From positions 14,030,871-14,094,870 of the forward strand of contig NC_092676.1 of the NCBI RefSeq assembly GCF_964355755.1: a stretch of DNA of 64,000 nucleotides. Reading direction: 5' to 3'. The notes beneath the pieces were generated by a model. It did not search any database and was not told where the DNA came from. It worked only from the letters and a program-made list of their open reading frames with translations. Origin of the DNA: Antedon mediterranea. Lineage: Eukaryota; Animalia; Echinodermata. How positions within the stretch are numbered: the first letter of the stretch is position 1; every line of letters starts with the position of its first letter. This document shows positions 26,284 to 37,644 of this stretch, piece by piece. Both the position numbers and the translations under genes were made by a program.

Positions 26284-28120
26284 TTATGTTTTAAAGTTCT
26301 TTTTTTTTTTTAAGTTTTCTTTTTTTTTAAACAAAATATTTACATGTCCAACCGATGGTGGCTTGCTGGTGCGTCCGCTTCTGGTTATGTAAGCTGGTGG
26401 TTCGGTGGTATCAGGTTTAGCCTTGGTTGGTGTTTTCTGTTTGGAGATGGTTATTTCCGGTGATGATGGTTTGGTCTCGGTGGTTGTTGGATGGGTGTTA
26501 TAATCATATGTGAGATCTGGTTTAAAGTATCTGTTTGCTGATAAGATCTGTTTTAAGTTCTTTTCTGTTTCTGCGATATTTCTTTCCATTGTGTTCTACT
26601 ACATAAGATTGTGGTGTATTGTGATTACAATTACTGTTGCTGGTTGCCATTTTTTTTTTATCCTGGCAGAGGTATTACTCTTACTGAATCTCCTGGTGCC
26701 AAAGCTGTAAGTGAGTTGCCATGTTTTTTTTTGTCATAGTAGTGTTTTGGCTGTAGGAAGCAGGTTTTGTGGTCTTCGTCCCATTAGTAATTGAGCGGGT
26801 GATAATTTACAGCTTGCTAGTGGTGGTGTTCTGTAATCTAGCAAGGCTAGATTTTTGTCATTGCTCTTCTTCCATAGTTGTTTTACTGTCTGTACAGCTC
26901 TCTCTACCTCACCGTTTGATTGAGGGTAGTATGTTGAAGAAGTGCTGTGCTGTATATCGTAGTCTTTGCAGAATTTGGTAAACTCTGCTGATGAGTATTG
27001 CAGACCATTATCTGTTCTTATTTTTTTGGGTATCCCGTGCCGACTGAATTGTTTCTTTAAGTTGTCTATGACCGTGGCGCTATCAGTTTTCTGTCTACTT
27101 CGATGTACTTTGAGTAGTAATCGATGGTTATTATGTAGTCTTGTCGATCAAATTCAAAGAGGTCACTTGCTACTTCATTCCATGGTAATTCTGGTAGTTT
27201 ATATGATTTAAGTGGTTCAGTGTGTTGACTAATTCTTCCACTTGTACGCTCATACCGGGCCAATACAGAGATTCGCGTGCCCGCTGTTTGCATTTTAGTA
27301 TGCCCTGATGGGATGAATGTATTTGGTTAAGCATGTTTGATCTCATGCTTGGTGTAACGACAATATGCATTCCTTTGTATACTATTCCATCTGCAACTGA
27401 CAGATCATCTCTTGCGGTCCAGTATTGCCTAATTGCATGTGGTGTCTCTTCTTTTGTGTCTGGCCATCCTTTGAGGATCATGCTGTGCAGTTCGTTTAGT
27501 TCTTTGTCTGTACAACTTTGAAATTCAGCATACCTGACTGGTGATACTGCTATGTATAGTCTGTCATGTTAATTGTGATCGGTTTGATATCTGGTTCTGT
27601 GTCTGGTAAGTTAGCACGGCTTAGTGTGTCACTGATCGCAATTTCTTTGCCTGGTCTGTATGTTACATTAAGGTCATACGGTTGTAGTCTTACCAGCATG
27701 TTTTGAAGTCTCATTGGGGCGGAGAGTATTGGTTTTGAATATATAGCTTGCAGTGGCTTGTGGTCACTTTCTATTGTTACTTGGTTTCCAAACACATAGT
27801 GATGAAACTTCTTGCAACTCTGCACTATATTGCCAGCATTTCTTTTTCTATTTGTGCATATCTGCACTCTGTTGGAGTTAGTGCTCTTGAAGTGTACGCA
27901 ACTGGATGTCCTTGCAATGGCACACCACCCAGCGCATAGCTGCTTGCATCACATTGTATGGTCACTTCTTTTCGCTGATCGAAGTAAGCTAGTACAGGTG
28001 TAGTGCTGTACATTTGTAGTAACTTGTCAAAACTTTGTTGTTGTGGCTTGTCCCAGTAGAAGTCTGTATCTTTGCTGGTAACTTTTCTGAGTGGTGCATC
28101 CACTTCACTAAGATTAGGTA
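26284..28120 (-). mobile_element. Gypsy LTR-retrotransposon pol remnant (RNase H and integrase)
   Basis: CDASSYALGG, YAQIEKEMLAI, SDHKPL, HSSHQGILKC..RARESLYWPGM, PWNEVASDLF, DYYSKY, ITRSGRTSKPP; multiple frameshifts. Confidence 0.92.
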
Positions 28121-29597
28121 TAATTTTTTTTTAAAGAACTTTAAAAAATAACAAAAAGACTAAAGGCACATAAATACGGCAAATTTGTTCTACTTTTTAA
28201 AATGATGCAACGTAAAAATGGTAAACAATAATGTTAATAAACGAAATGAAATAATATAACTTTTTCTTTAATTAGCAATTTGAGTACAAAAGGTTTGAGG
28301 TGTGGAGTATGTAGATATGGCCTATGGGACCCCGAAATGGCAATTCTTAAGTGACGGGTCCTGTTCAATTTTAGGGGGGAGCCACCCAAATTATCCCTAA
28401 AATTGAATTTAATTAGCATATCGAGTACATCGATCAAACCAATTCTAAAATGTTCTTTTAACTATCAGGAATCAAGATCCATATTTATAATTCTTAAGTG
28501 ACCAATCCTGTGCTAAATTAACTTAAGAACGCACTTAATTAGTGCTAATTAGACTTTTATTGCCGTTACGCAATAAATTTGGTAGTAGTTGCTGTTTCTA
28601 AAACGCAGTAGACAAACAACAATTCCACAGTACGAACATCAGGTATATTCGTTTTATTTTAGCTGGCTTAACACAATACCACTGCTTACCGGCAAGCTGG
28701 CTTAACAATACCACTGCTTGCATCGGTTATAACCTTCAATCTACGTTAACACTGTTTTATACACTGTAACACTTGTCCAACTGGTAAACAGTAACTTACT
28801 AACATAGATTCTGCATCTCCGTTGCCTTTTATAAGCGGACACATTTGTTATGCAAATTAACAACTTTACGGCTGACTATAGCCAACAACACCGCATGGTG
28901 TATAACAATATAGTCTGAGAAATGGATCAATATAGTGCACATATTTTACCATTGGTCTTAATATGATTTTTGTGTGTGACATACTTTGGTACATCTGAAA
29001 ACCCGATTCTTAAGTGTTGTGAGTGCTGGGTCTTGGGGTCAGAGGTCAATGACCTACTTTTTGACCCACATTTTACCAATATTTTTAGTTTATGGCACAG
29101 GACATGTTAACGTACATTAATTTCTTTGAAATTAGGCTCAAATTAAAGCTGATGAATTATACTAAACATTGATTTTCATTAAAAGTCATTTCAGTCATTA
29201 TTTTACAAAATATTTGTAAAATAAACCATTTTTTTTTAATATCAATAGGTAAATAATATATTCTTCAATATTTTTCGAGCAACTTTTAAAAACTGCTCCT
29301 GTCATATAGGAGTGGATGTAAAAAAAAAAATTTTAATTTGTGTTACATTGTGACCGTGTATACGTAAAATAACAATTTTCACTCATTTTTTAATAAAAAT
29401 TGCAAAAAAATGCTATCTCGTGAACTACTTGTCGTACAACGATAAAAAGCCAATGGTGATATTTATATTCATTGTAATAGAAACTTTTATCATTAACCAA
29501 CTATAAATGACTAAAAAATAAAAAAATGTATATCATTTTTAATATTAAATTCAAAATTTTGCTTTCAGAATTATGCACATACGGTTGATTTTATTTT

Positions 29598-31589
29598 CTA
29601 GTCTTCCATCTCATCCTCACTGTGCAAATCATCTTCATCCAATACCATTTCAGGGCACCTACGTCCTTTATACCATTCAATTTCAAATATCTTCCCATCA
29701 CCACTTAGTTTCCAACCTCTGTTATTTGGTTCAATCTCCATTGGATTTGTCATTATGGCATTCCTCCATATTAGTGCGACATAATTTGTCCTCTCAATTT
29801 TTTGGCAAAGCACTGACTTGCAAGGTGGTAGGCATGTTGGATCAGATGTCTTGATCGTCTCAAGCGGATTCTCTCCATCCTGTGGTGCATATATTTTATC
29901 GAATATTTCTAATCTTGCCTTGTTTACTTTCTTCAATTTTGGTCTACTGTACATAGCACATACAAATTCTTCTAAAATATCTGAAGTGCTATCTCTAACA
30001 TTTTCGGACAATCCAAGTTGATTAAATGCCTCAGTATATCGTCTTGATTGAACCATTAAATCATAGGGACGTAGCTTTCCTTTCCGCAAAAATGCAGCAG
30101 TGTAGTCGCATCCAGTAAATGCGTGATACGCAGGTAAAGCAGAACAAACCGTTGGTCCTATGCTTGTTGCTATTTTGCTAACGTTAATGACTCTTCGTGA
30201 GTTTTTCGAAGATAGTCCAACATCCATTAAGATGGATACTTTTAGTGTGGAAGCAAAATACAAGAGCAATATGAAAACATCTGTGTCACTTGCTCGAACA
30301 ACACAAGTTGATGGTCTTGGAATTTGCTCAGATACATATCTGGCATGAAACATGATGCGGGTATCTGCCTCTAAATGATCACAGGCAAGCTCCTGTACAA
30401 AATTTCGATGCATTTTTCCGTCAAAAACTTGATATCTGTAGCAATTCTTTCCAATAGCAAAGTAGAATATGTGATTATTCAGTACTTTAGCATAGCTGTC
30501 ATGTTGCCATTCATCTTTTAGAAATTCCACTAAAGCATTCTTGAAATTGGATGACAGTAGAGAGTTCATGAAGTCAGTGGGTCGCTTTTGTTCGCCACCT
30601 TTAATGATAAATGCTCCTTCATTATCCCCACGTGAGGCCCTTTCCAGATCTTTAATACTTGGACTGATATCATATCGATCGCATATCAGATGTATTAAAG
30701 GACATTTGAATGTACATGCTTTTTCCATAATCACTCTAGCTATTCCAGCGAATGAGAAAGGCAATGTTGGAAGTGTTCTAAAGAAGAACATGGCATCAAT
30801 AAGGTATACATCAGCGCTCACCTGACCAATATATGGTTCAGATATTTTCTCCAATTTATCCATTAAAGCTGATTTCTTGGTTTTGTTCATTTTACCATCA
30901 TAATGACACAGTGAAATTGGAACTGCTAGTAATGGATATTCAAGGAGAATTTGAAGATCAATATTTTGCTTTGTTGGCAAAAACAACAACCGTCCAAACA
31001 GATCTCTTGTACATCGTACTTCCTTAACTTTCAGATCTTTTGTTTTAACTTTCATTTTAACACTGTCATAAGCAAAGTTCTTGACTTTGTTTCGTTTGAT
31101 AGGTTTCTGAAACCTTTCAGGACTTGTCTTACATTCACTGATGAAACTGTCACTCCGTTCATTGCCTATTTTGTAAAATTTCAACATATCATTTGCTGCA
31201 GTCGACGATGACGCTCTTCCAGTTTCAACACTGTACAGATTGTTGTTGTTGCAACTCGGATCAAACGGATTTAAGGTTACTTTAAAGCATTCTACAATCT
31301 TGTTTAGATCCGAATTGTCCCTTTTAATACGGTTAGTATTCAATTCTTGTGATACTTCATCTCTGTTTTTTAAACCAGCATACTCCATCAGACTACCAAC
31401 TATGTTGGCACGAATAGGTCTTGTTAACATCCATCTTCGTCGTGTTGCCTCATTATTTGTAAAAGCTGCAATTCCAGTATGTCTGGAAGCAGCATCTTTG
31501 TTGACTGTTTGCTCTAGTGTTAAGTCAACTGGACTTCTGGAAAAGTGTTTTGAAGTTCGTCTAATAGAAATCGCCCCATTTTCCAGCAT
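29598..31589 (-). CDS. AcademX transposase C-terminal part with XPG/FEN1-like (PIN-H3TH) nuclease domain, 663 aa, 5'-truncated
   Basis: Uninterrupted ORF with VDLTLEQTVN, YLIDAMFF, ICDRY..SIKDLER, HLEADTRIMFH, ASDTDVFILL, YHAFTGCDYTAAFLRKGK, LPPC and NYVALIW. Confidence 0.88.
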   Translation of the reverse strand: MLENGAISIRRTSKHFSRSPVDLTLEQTVNKDAASRHTGIAAFTNNEATRRRWMLTRPIRANIVGSLMEYAGLKNRDEVSQELNTNRIKRDNSDLNKIVECFKVTLNPFDPSCNNNNLYSVETGRASSSTAANDMLKFYKIGNERSDSFISECKTSPERFQKPIKRNKVKNFAYDSVKMKVKTKDLKVKEVRCTRDLFGRLLFLPTKQNIDLQILLEYPLLAVPISLCHYDGKMNKTKKSALMDKLEKISEPYIGQVSADVYLIDAMFFFRTLPTLPFSFAGIARVIMEKACTFKCPLIHLICDRYDISPSIKDLERASRGDNEGAFIIKGGEQKRPTDFMNSLLSSNFKNALVEFLKDEWQHDSYAKVLNNHIFYFAIGKNCYRYQVFDGKMHRNFVQELACDHLEADTRIMFHARYVSEQIPRPSTCVVRASDTDVFILLLYFASTLKVSILMDVGLSSKNSRRVINVSKIATSIGPTVCSALPAYHAFTGCDYTAAFLRKGKLRPYDLMVQSRRYTEAFNQLGLSENVRDSTSDILEEFVCAMYSRPKLKKVNKARLEIFDKIYAPQDGENPLETIKTSDPTCLPPCKSVLCQKIERTNYVALIWRNAIMTNPMEIEPNNRGWKLSGDGKIFEIEWYKGRRCPEMVLDEDDLHSEDEMED

Positions 31590-31595
31590 CGCTCA

Positions 31596-32291
31596 CGCTA
31601 TTTTGTATGGATCGAGCGGGATGCATGCTAGAGCGGATATACATTTTTTGTTTATATATATTTTTAATTGATATTTTTTAGGAACTAGATTATTTATGTG
31701 GATATTTTTTATTTGGTTAATAAATATTTATTGTCAATCATTAAATTAATTTTTTTTTTTATTTCACAGGTCTCGGAGAAGGACTGTGTCTGTTCAAAAT
31801 GGCCATTTCTAAACACGTTTAAATATTATATTAGGCATAATATTATATAAGGCATAATATAATAATTTACTTCTACAGTACATATAAATAGAGGTAAATT
31901 ATTATATGCCTAATTTAACATTATGCCTAATATAATATTTAAAAGTGTTTAGAAATGGCCATTTAGAACAGACACAGTCCTTCTCCGAGACCTGTGAAAT
32001 ACAAAAAAAAATTAATTTAGGCCTAATGATTGATAATAAATATTTATTAACCAAGTAAAAAATATCCACATAAATAATCTAGTTCCTAAAAAATATCAAT
32101 TAAATCTATATAAACGAAAAATGTTTATCCCGCTCTAGCATGCATCCCGCTCGATCCATACAAAATAGCGCGACCGATTTCATCAAAAGTATAGCTCTAG
32201 CGGCGCGCCATACAAAATACCGGAAGTTGATTTTATCGCGACCAATTTCAAGCGCGACCGATTTCAGACGCGACCGATTTCATCGTAAACC
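31596..32291. mobile_element. Foldback/MULE-like insert: ~575-bp near-perfect palindrome plus a CGCGACCGATTTC terminal-repeat end
   Basis: Arms 31596-31865 and 31895-32170 are reverse complements; related terminal repeats occur at 7281-7342 and 8511-8570. Confidence 0.8.
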
Positions 32292-33125
32292 AGGCGGTTT
32301 TGGATGTTTTATTCTCACTCCTTTTATATCTACACATGTGCTCGGTCTTATTTATCTTCCTTCTCTGCCGCCCTCTATCGGACGTTATGTCTTGTATATT
32401 TGGAGGGTTACAATAATATTAAAGGTATTCTAAAATTGCATGGTAAGTATCTATGGATAAAGTATGATATAATGAATATATAAAGCAAACAAAATGTAAA
32501 CTTACACTTCAATTCAATTTACAGAAGTTTAATGAACTACAAATACATGACATGGATGACAGAATAAAAACTTTCAACCAGTAAAAAAACTTACAAGGTC
32601 AAAGGGTTATTCCATTATTTTGTAATAGTATAGATCAATATTTACATTTCTATTAATTTTTAAACCTTATAGTAGATTAATGATAAAAGTTTCTATTACA
32701 ATAAATATAAATATCACCATTGGCTTTCAATTAATGCAAACTTTATCGTTGTACGACAAGTAGTTCACGAGATAGCATTTTTTTGCAATTTTTATTAAAA
32801 AATGAGTGAAAATTGTTATTTTACGTACACACGGTCACAATGTAACACAAATTAAAATTTTTTTTTTACATCCACTCCTATATGACTGGAGCAGTTTTTA
32901 AAAGTTGCTCGAAAAATATTGAAGAATATATTATTTACCTATTGATATTTAAAAAAAATAAAAATATCAAATTTACCCAAAAAATGAAAAAAATGGTTTA
33001 TTTTACAAATATTTTGTAAAATAATGACTGAAATGACTTTTAATGAAAATCAATGTTTAGTATAATTCATCAGCTTTAATTTGAGCCTAATTTCAAAGAA
33101 ATTGATGTACGTTAACACCTCCTGT

Positions 33126-34192
33126 GGGTGTCACGAAACCTAAGACCACGAAAGCTAAGACCCCCTAAGACCTAAGATCACGAAAGCTAAGACCCAAGAC
33201 CTAAGATTACAAATATTTATCTTTCGCACCTGCCTTGTATTTTAACTCCCAACATTTATTCTGAATACCACACCTTAGAATTGGCACTTTCATGAAAAAG
33301 AATCACATAAAAAGTAACAAATACATTTTTAAATTGATGGTTTTACAGACGTTTTTCTCGCACACAAAATGACTAGCCTAGAAGTAGGCCTACCCCATGT
33401 TCAATGTTTTTGTTTCTATGGAACGTCAAAAGAGCAAAAATTATATAGAGGGCTGAAAACTCTGTGGAGTCCATCTACAGTGTGGATGGAATGTAAAATT
33501 GAAATTGTAATGATAATAGTATAACCATGCAAGTACGAAGAAATAAATACTGGCAAATAAATTTTAACTTAAAAATTATGATAAGTTTTTTTGTTTCGTT
33601 TTCTTTCTGTTTTTATACTTGTACTATTATTGTTGCTCTTTTGGCGCTCCATAGAAACAAAAACATTGAGCATGGGGAGCTCGAGGAGTTACATTACAGT
33701 ATACAAAGAAACACGTCTGTAAAATCATCAATTTAAAGGATTTATTTATTTGTTATTATGTGTTTCTCCTTCTGAAAGTACTTATAAGTCCTAATTTTAA
33801 TGTGTGGTATTCAGGATAAAGTTAGTCAACAAATTTGGAGTCAAAATACAAGAAAGGCAGGTGCGTAAGAAAAACATTCTCTGAACCAACACATTGGAGT
33901 AAATATATACCAACAAACAACCCGTCAAGTTTGTTTGTTATAAAGAAAAAATATACATTTACTCAACGGGCGAAAATAATGTGAGTTTATCCATGTTTTT
34001 GCGGTGGTATTAAATTATATTTATGGTAATAAATGAAACCTACTGTGTTTAAAATTATGTATGGATAAACAAGTATTGTTTTTAAGCTGTAGTATATCTT
34101 AGAATTTGTAATCTTAGGTCTTGGGTCTTAGCTTTCGTGATCTTAGGTCTTAGAGTGTCTTAGCTTTCGTGGTCTTAGGTTTCGTGACACCC
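33126..34192. mobile_element. MULE-like MITE inserted in the right TIR of the inner Academ element
   Basis: TIRs GGGTGTCACGAAACCTAAGACC...; 9-10-bp TSD CACCTCCTGT / CATGTCCTGT, with the empty site visible in the left TIR at ~29096-29106; a related internal sequence lies at 53835-54650. Confidence 0.88.
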
Positions 34193-34400
34193 CATGTCCT
34201 GTGCCATAAAATAAAAATATTAGTAAAATGTGGGTCAAAAAGTAGGTCATTGACCTCTGACCCCAAGACCCAGCACTCAAAACACTTAAGAATCGGGTTT
34301 TCAGATGTACCAAAGTATGACACACAAAAATCATATTAAGACCAATGGTAAAATATGTGCACTATATTGATCGGAACCTATTGATCCATCTCTCAGACTA

Positions 34401-34910
34401 ATACTTTACGGCTGACTAAGCCAACAACACCGTATGGTGTATAACAATACTTTACGGCTGACTAAGCCAACAACACCGCATGGTGTATAACAATACTTTA
34501 CGGCTGACTAAGCCAACAACACCGCATGGTGTATAACAATACTTTACGGCTGACTAAGCCAACAACACCGTATGGTGTATAACAATACTTTACGGCTGAC
34601 TAAGCCAACAACACCGTATGGTGTATAACAATACTTTACGGCTGACTAAGCCAACAACACCGCATGGTGTATAACAATACTTTACGGCTGACTAAGCCAA
34701 CAACACCGCATGGTGTATAACAATACTTTACGGCTGACTAAGCCAACAACACCGCATGGTGTATAACAACACTTTACGGCTGACTAAGCCAACAACACCG
34801 TATGGTGTATAACAATACTTTACGGCTGACTAAGCCAACAACACCGCATGGTGTATAACAATGCTTTACGGCTGACTAAGCAAACAACACCGCATGGTGT
34901 ATAACAATAC
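34401..34910. repeat. 46-bp tandem array, 11 near-identical copies (plus one at ~28863-28910)
   Basis: Unit ATACTTTACGGCTGACTAAGCCAACAACACCG(C/T)ATGGTGTATAACA; period 46. Confidence 0.95.
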
Positions 34911-35108
34911 GGTACTAACTTTACTGTAGCAACATGGCTCCCTTGTCAGGATGACTTTTATACTAAATCCTGGCATAAACATACAATCTAAACTTTTAAA
35001 GAATAATAATAAAATATAATAAATAATAAACGTTTTATGGTGAAATTATTAGTATATGTTTTTTAGTCATTACACAAAATTATAAGGCTCCCTGACGGGG
35101 ATGGACCT

Positions 35109-35985
35109 CTATTTATTAGATTCATCCAAATCGTTGTTAGCTAAGAGTAGCAGTAGCTTGTGAATTGGCCGCTCCAAGTAACCTCTTTGGTGATGCAACT
35201 TAACTTTCCTAACGAGACCATCATGGTCGGTGAAGACGTTTACAACCAACCCAAGTTTCCAACTGTTTCTTGGTGCATTGTCATCTTTGATGAGGACCAC
35301 GTCACCCACATGCATATTACGTCTGGTACAATTCCAAGTTTTTCGAGGTTGTAACGTTGACAAGTATTCGTTCCTCCATCGGCTCCAGAATTGGTTGGCC
35401 ATGTATTGCACTCTTCTCCATCTTCGTCTACAATATAGATCTGCAGATTGAAATACCCCAGGTGAAGATGGATCAACAATATTGTCTATAGACAAAGGTC
35501 TGGCGTTTACGATGTTCTGGACTTCACTTTGAACATCCACCTTCCAAGCATGCCATCTTGATGTCAGCTCCGGATTCAACATGTCATCCCAATCAAGGTT
35601 CTCTTTACATAGAGTTTGAAGAATTATCTTCCCAACTATCAGGACAGGAGCTGCAAACCCAAATTGATCGTAATTAGAGCTGATGGTTTTCAAAACATTT
35701 CGTCTTGTTGTAGGAAGGTCGTTGAGCTGCACTCTAAACTTGAAATTGTCGCTTTCGACACACCAGGATACACCAAGTACTCTTTCCATCGGTAATGAAT
35801 CAGATTTTATATTTAAATCAAGCAAGGACTTTCCACGTTCAGATTTTGGTATTACGTCCAGTACGTCTCGACTGTTAGAGGTCCATTTATGAAGCCTCAA
35901 ACCTGCATCGGCACCCAAACCAGTACTACTTTTCATGAGAGCGATGGCGTCTTTGGGAGAGCTTACTGACTTGATACCATCAAGT
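35109..35985 (-). mobile_element. BEL/Pao retrotransposon remnant (RT end, peptidase A17-like region and DUF5641-like C-terminus), internally deleted
   Basis: GLRLHKWTSNS, RVLGVSW, YDQFGFAAP, IVNARPL, RRRWRRVQYMANQFWSRWRNEYL, LERPIHKLLLL. Confidence 0.9.
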
Positions 35986-36835
35986 GGTGTTTCTTGGATA
36001 AGCAGTATATCTGTGTTTTGATCATTGCACCTTGAAGATTTGTCTTTGCTTGGTTGGGTTACGTAGACCTCTGACATTTAGCGAAACACAATGCAAAGTA
36101 TTGCTTGCCATATTATTTGAAAGTTATTTGCTGTTAAGATAACGTTATGTATACTGGTATAGATGATATAAAAAAAGCGGAAAAAAAAACTTCCAATGCT
36201 AAAAAAGGATCCAACAAGATAACTCTTGCATAAAACAACCCGCTATTTTTTTTTCTTTCTAAGATTTCTTTTAGGTGTTGCTTGATTTCCTTCCGATGTC
36301 ATGTTTTGATTTTGGTCTTGGTCAACATTCTTGGCTTTTTTTAACCTTTGTATTTTTATCACTTTTACTGGTAGAAGCATCAAAGTAATCGGTTACTTTT
36401 TTTTGTTCCTGCTCTTCATTACTTTCTTTGGTATTTTTTGTGATCAAACCATCATTAATGGTACTATCTTCCTTTTCATTTGGCAGACTTTTATTTCCAT
36501 TCTGCACACAATCAAATGTTTCCTCGTCACTTTTCTCCACACTGCTTGAATCGCTCACGCTAAATACACTTTTATTGATTTTTCCTTCTTCTATCTCGCG
36601 TAAGTTTGCACTGTCTTCTCTCTGTTCTTAAGGTCTAGATACCTCGTCAGCTTTATTGCCAACAAATGATTCCCACATTTGATTGATGTAAGATCCTGGT
36701 GATCCGACAGAATTTGATTTGTTTTAATTTGGACATTTATTTTTCATATGCCCTTCCTGGTTGCATTTGAGACAGATAGCATCTGCTCCTTCTTCTTCTT
36801 CTTCCTCCAATTTAGTGCAAACTTCAGACTTGAAG
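35986..36835 (-). mobile_element. L1/Tx1-like LINE fragment: ORF1 CCHC knuckle and APE endonuclease start
   Basis: CLKCNQEGHMKNKC at ~36735-36777; acidic/Lys-rich ORF1 tail; DILLIQET near 35990-36013. Confidence 0.6.
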
Positions 36836-36889
36836 ACTATAGCACTTTGGTGGGATGTGGTACGAGTGAGTTAGTTTTCGTAAAGAACC

Positions 36890-37640
36890 CCCTTAAATGA
36901 TTTAAAAGTTGGTGCCTTTACAGTTGATTCTGCTAGGATGTTCCAATCTCTTGACGTTCTGGGAAAGGACATCCGATGATAGTCCCGACTTTTGAGCGTG
37001 GAATACTATATGCTTGGCTGTTTTCTGTGCGAGAAGGGGCAGTGAGGTTTTTGGAGCTTAAGAATTTGTCCATATCAATTGCAACAAGGTTGTTGTGTAT
37101 CTTGTAGAACATTGATAGTCTTTAGAGTTGACGTCTTTCAGCCAGGGTTTTCCAAGATAGTTCGTGGAGCATGGCACTGACACTGGCTGTACGTTCATAT
37201 CTACCGAGAGTGAATCTTGCAGCACGGCGTTGAATTTTCTCTACTTTTTTCTTTAGAACATCTGTGTGGGGGTCCCAGACTACACTTCCATATTCCAGGA
37301 TTGGTCGTACAAGTGATTTGTAGGCTTGTTCTTTTACTTTGGGGTTTTTGATATTTATGTTACGTCTGAGGAAATTCAGTGTGTTATTTGCTTTAGCAGC
37401 GACGTTTTCCAAGTGTTTATTCCATCTGAGGTCATTGGAAATTGTTATTCCTAGATACTTTGCGTGGTCTACATGTGCAAGTCGGTGACCATGGAGGGTG
37501 TATGGGTACTTTATGATGTTTTTCTTTCGTGTGATGGTTATGATTTGGCATTTTTCGGGGTGGAATTCCATCATCCATTTTTTTTCCCAGTGTGATAAGG
37601 TATCCAAATCCTTTTGCAACAACTTCGCATCTGCTTCGTA
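36890..37640 (-). mobile_element. LINE reverse-transcriptase C-terminal fragment (CR1-group/RTE-X-like)
   Basis: LQKDLDTLSHWEKKWMMEFHPEKC, YLGITISNDLRWNKH, YKSLVRPILEYGSVVWDP, EKIQRRAARF and SFPRTSRDWN. Confidence 0.88.
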
Positions 37641-37644
37641 TGTA

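Larger units (their letters stand above)
28911..34400 (-). mobile_element. Inner AcademX transposon with 3-bp TSD, internally deleted
   Basis: Termini TAGTCTGAGA / TCTCAGACTA; ~590-bp TIRs (28911-29495 and 32677-34400, the latter interrupted by a MITE); TSD ATA inside a 46-bp repeat unit; carries the XPG-like ORF. Confidence 0.9.
28593..34934 (-). mobile_element. BEL/Pao 3' LTR (~850 bp) split by the inner Academ element
   Basis: On the minus strand, a PPT-like AAGGGAGCCA is followed by TGTTGC (34934); TATAAAA near 28830, AATAAA near 28655, and a candidate ...AAACA end at 28593; lies directly downstream of the BEL ORF. Confidence 0.6.

Noticed and set aside
28234-28437. Duplicated 67-aa ORF (also at 40791-40994)
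   Set aside because: It is the translated TIR pair of the outer Academ element.
34401-34910. CRISPR-like regular array with a hairpin
   Set aside because: Units are contiguous with no unique spacers, there are no cas genes, and the context is eukaryotic.
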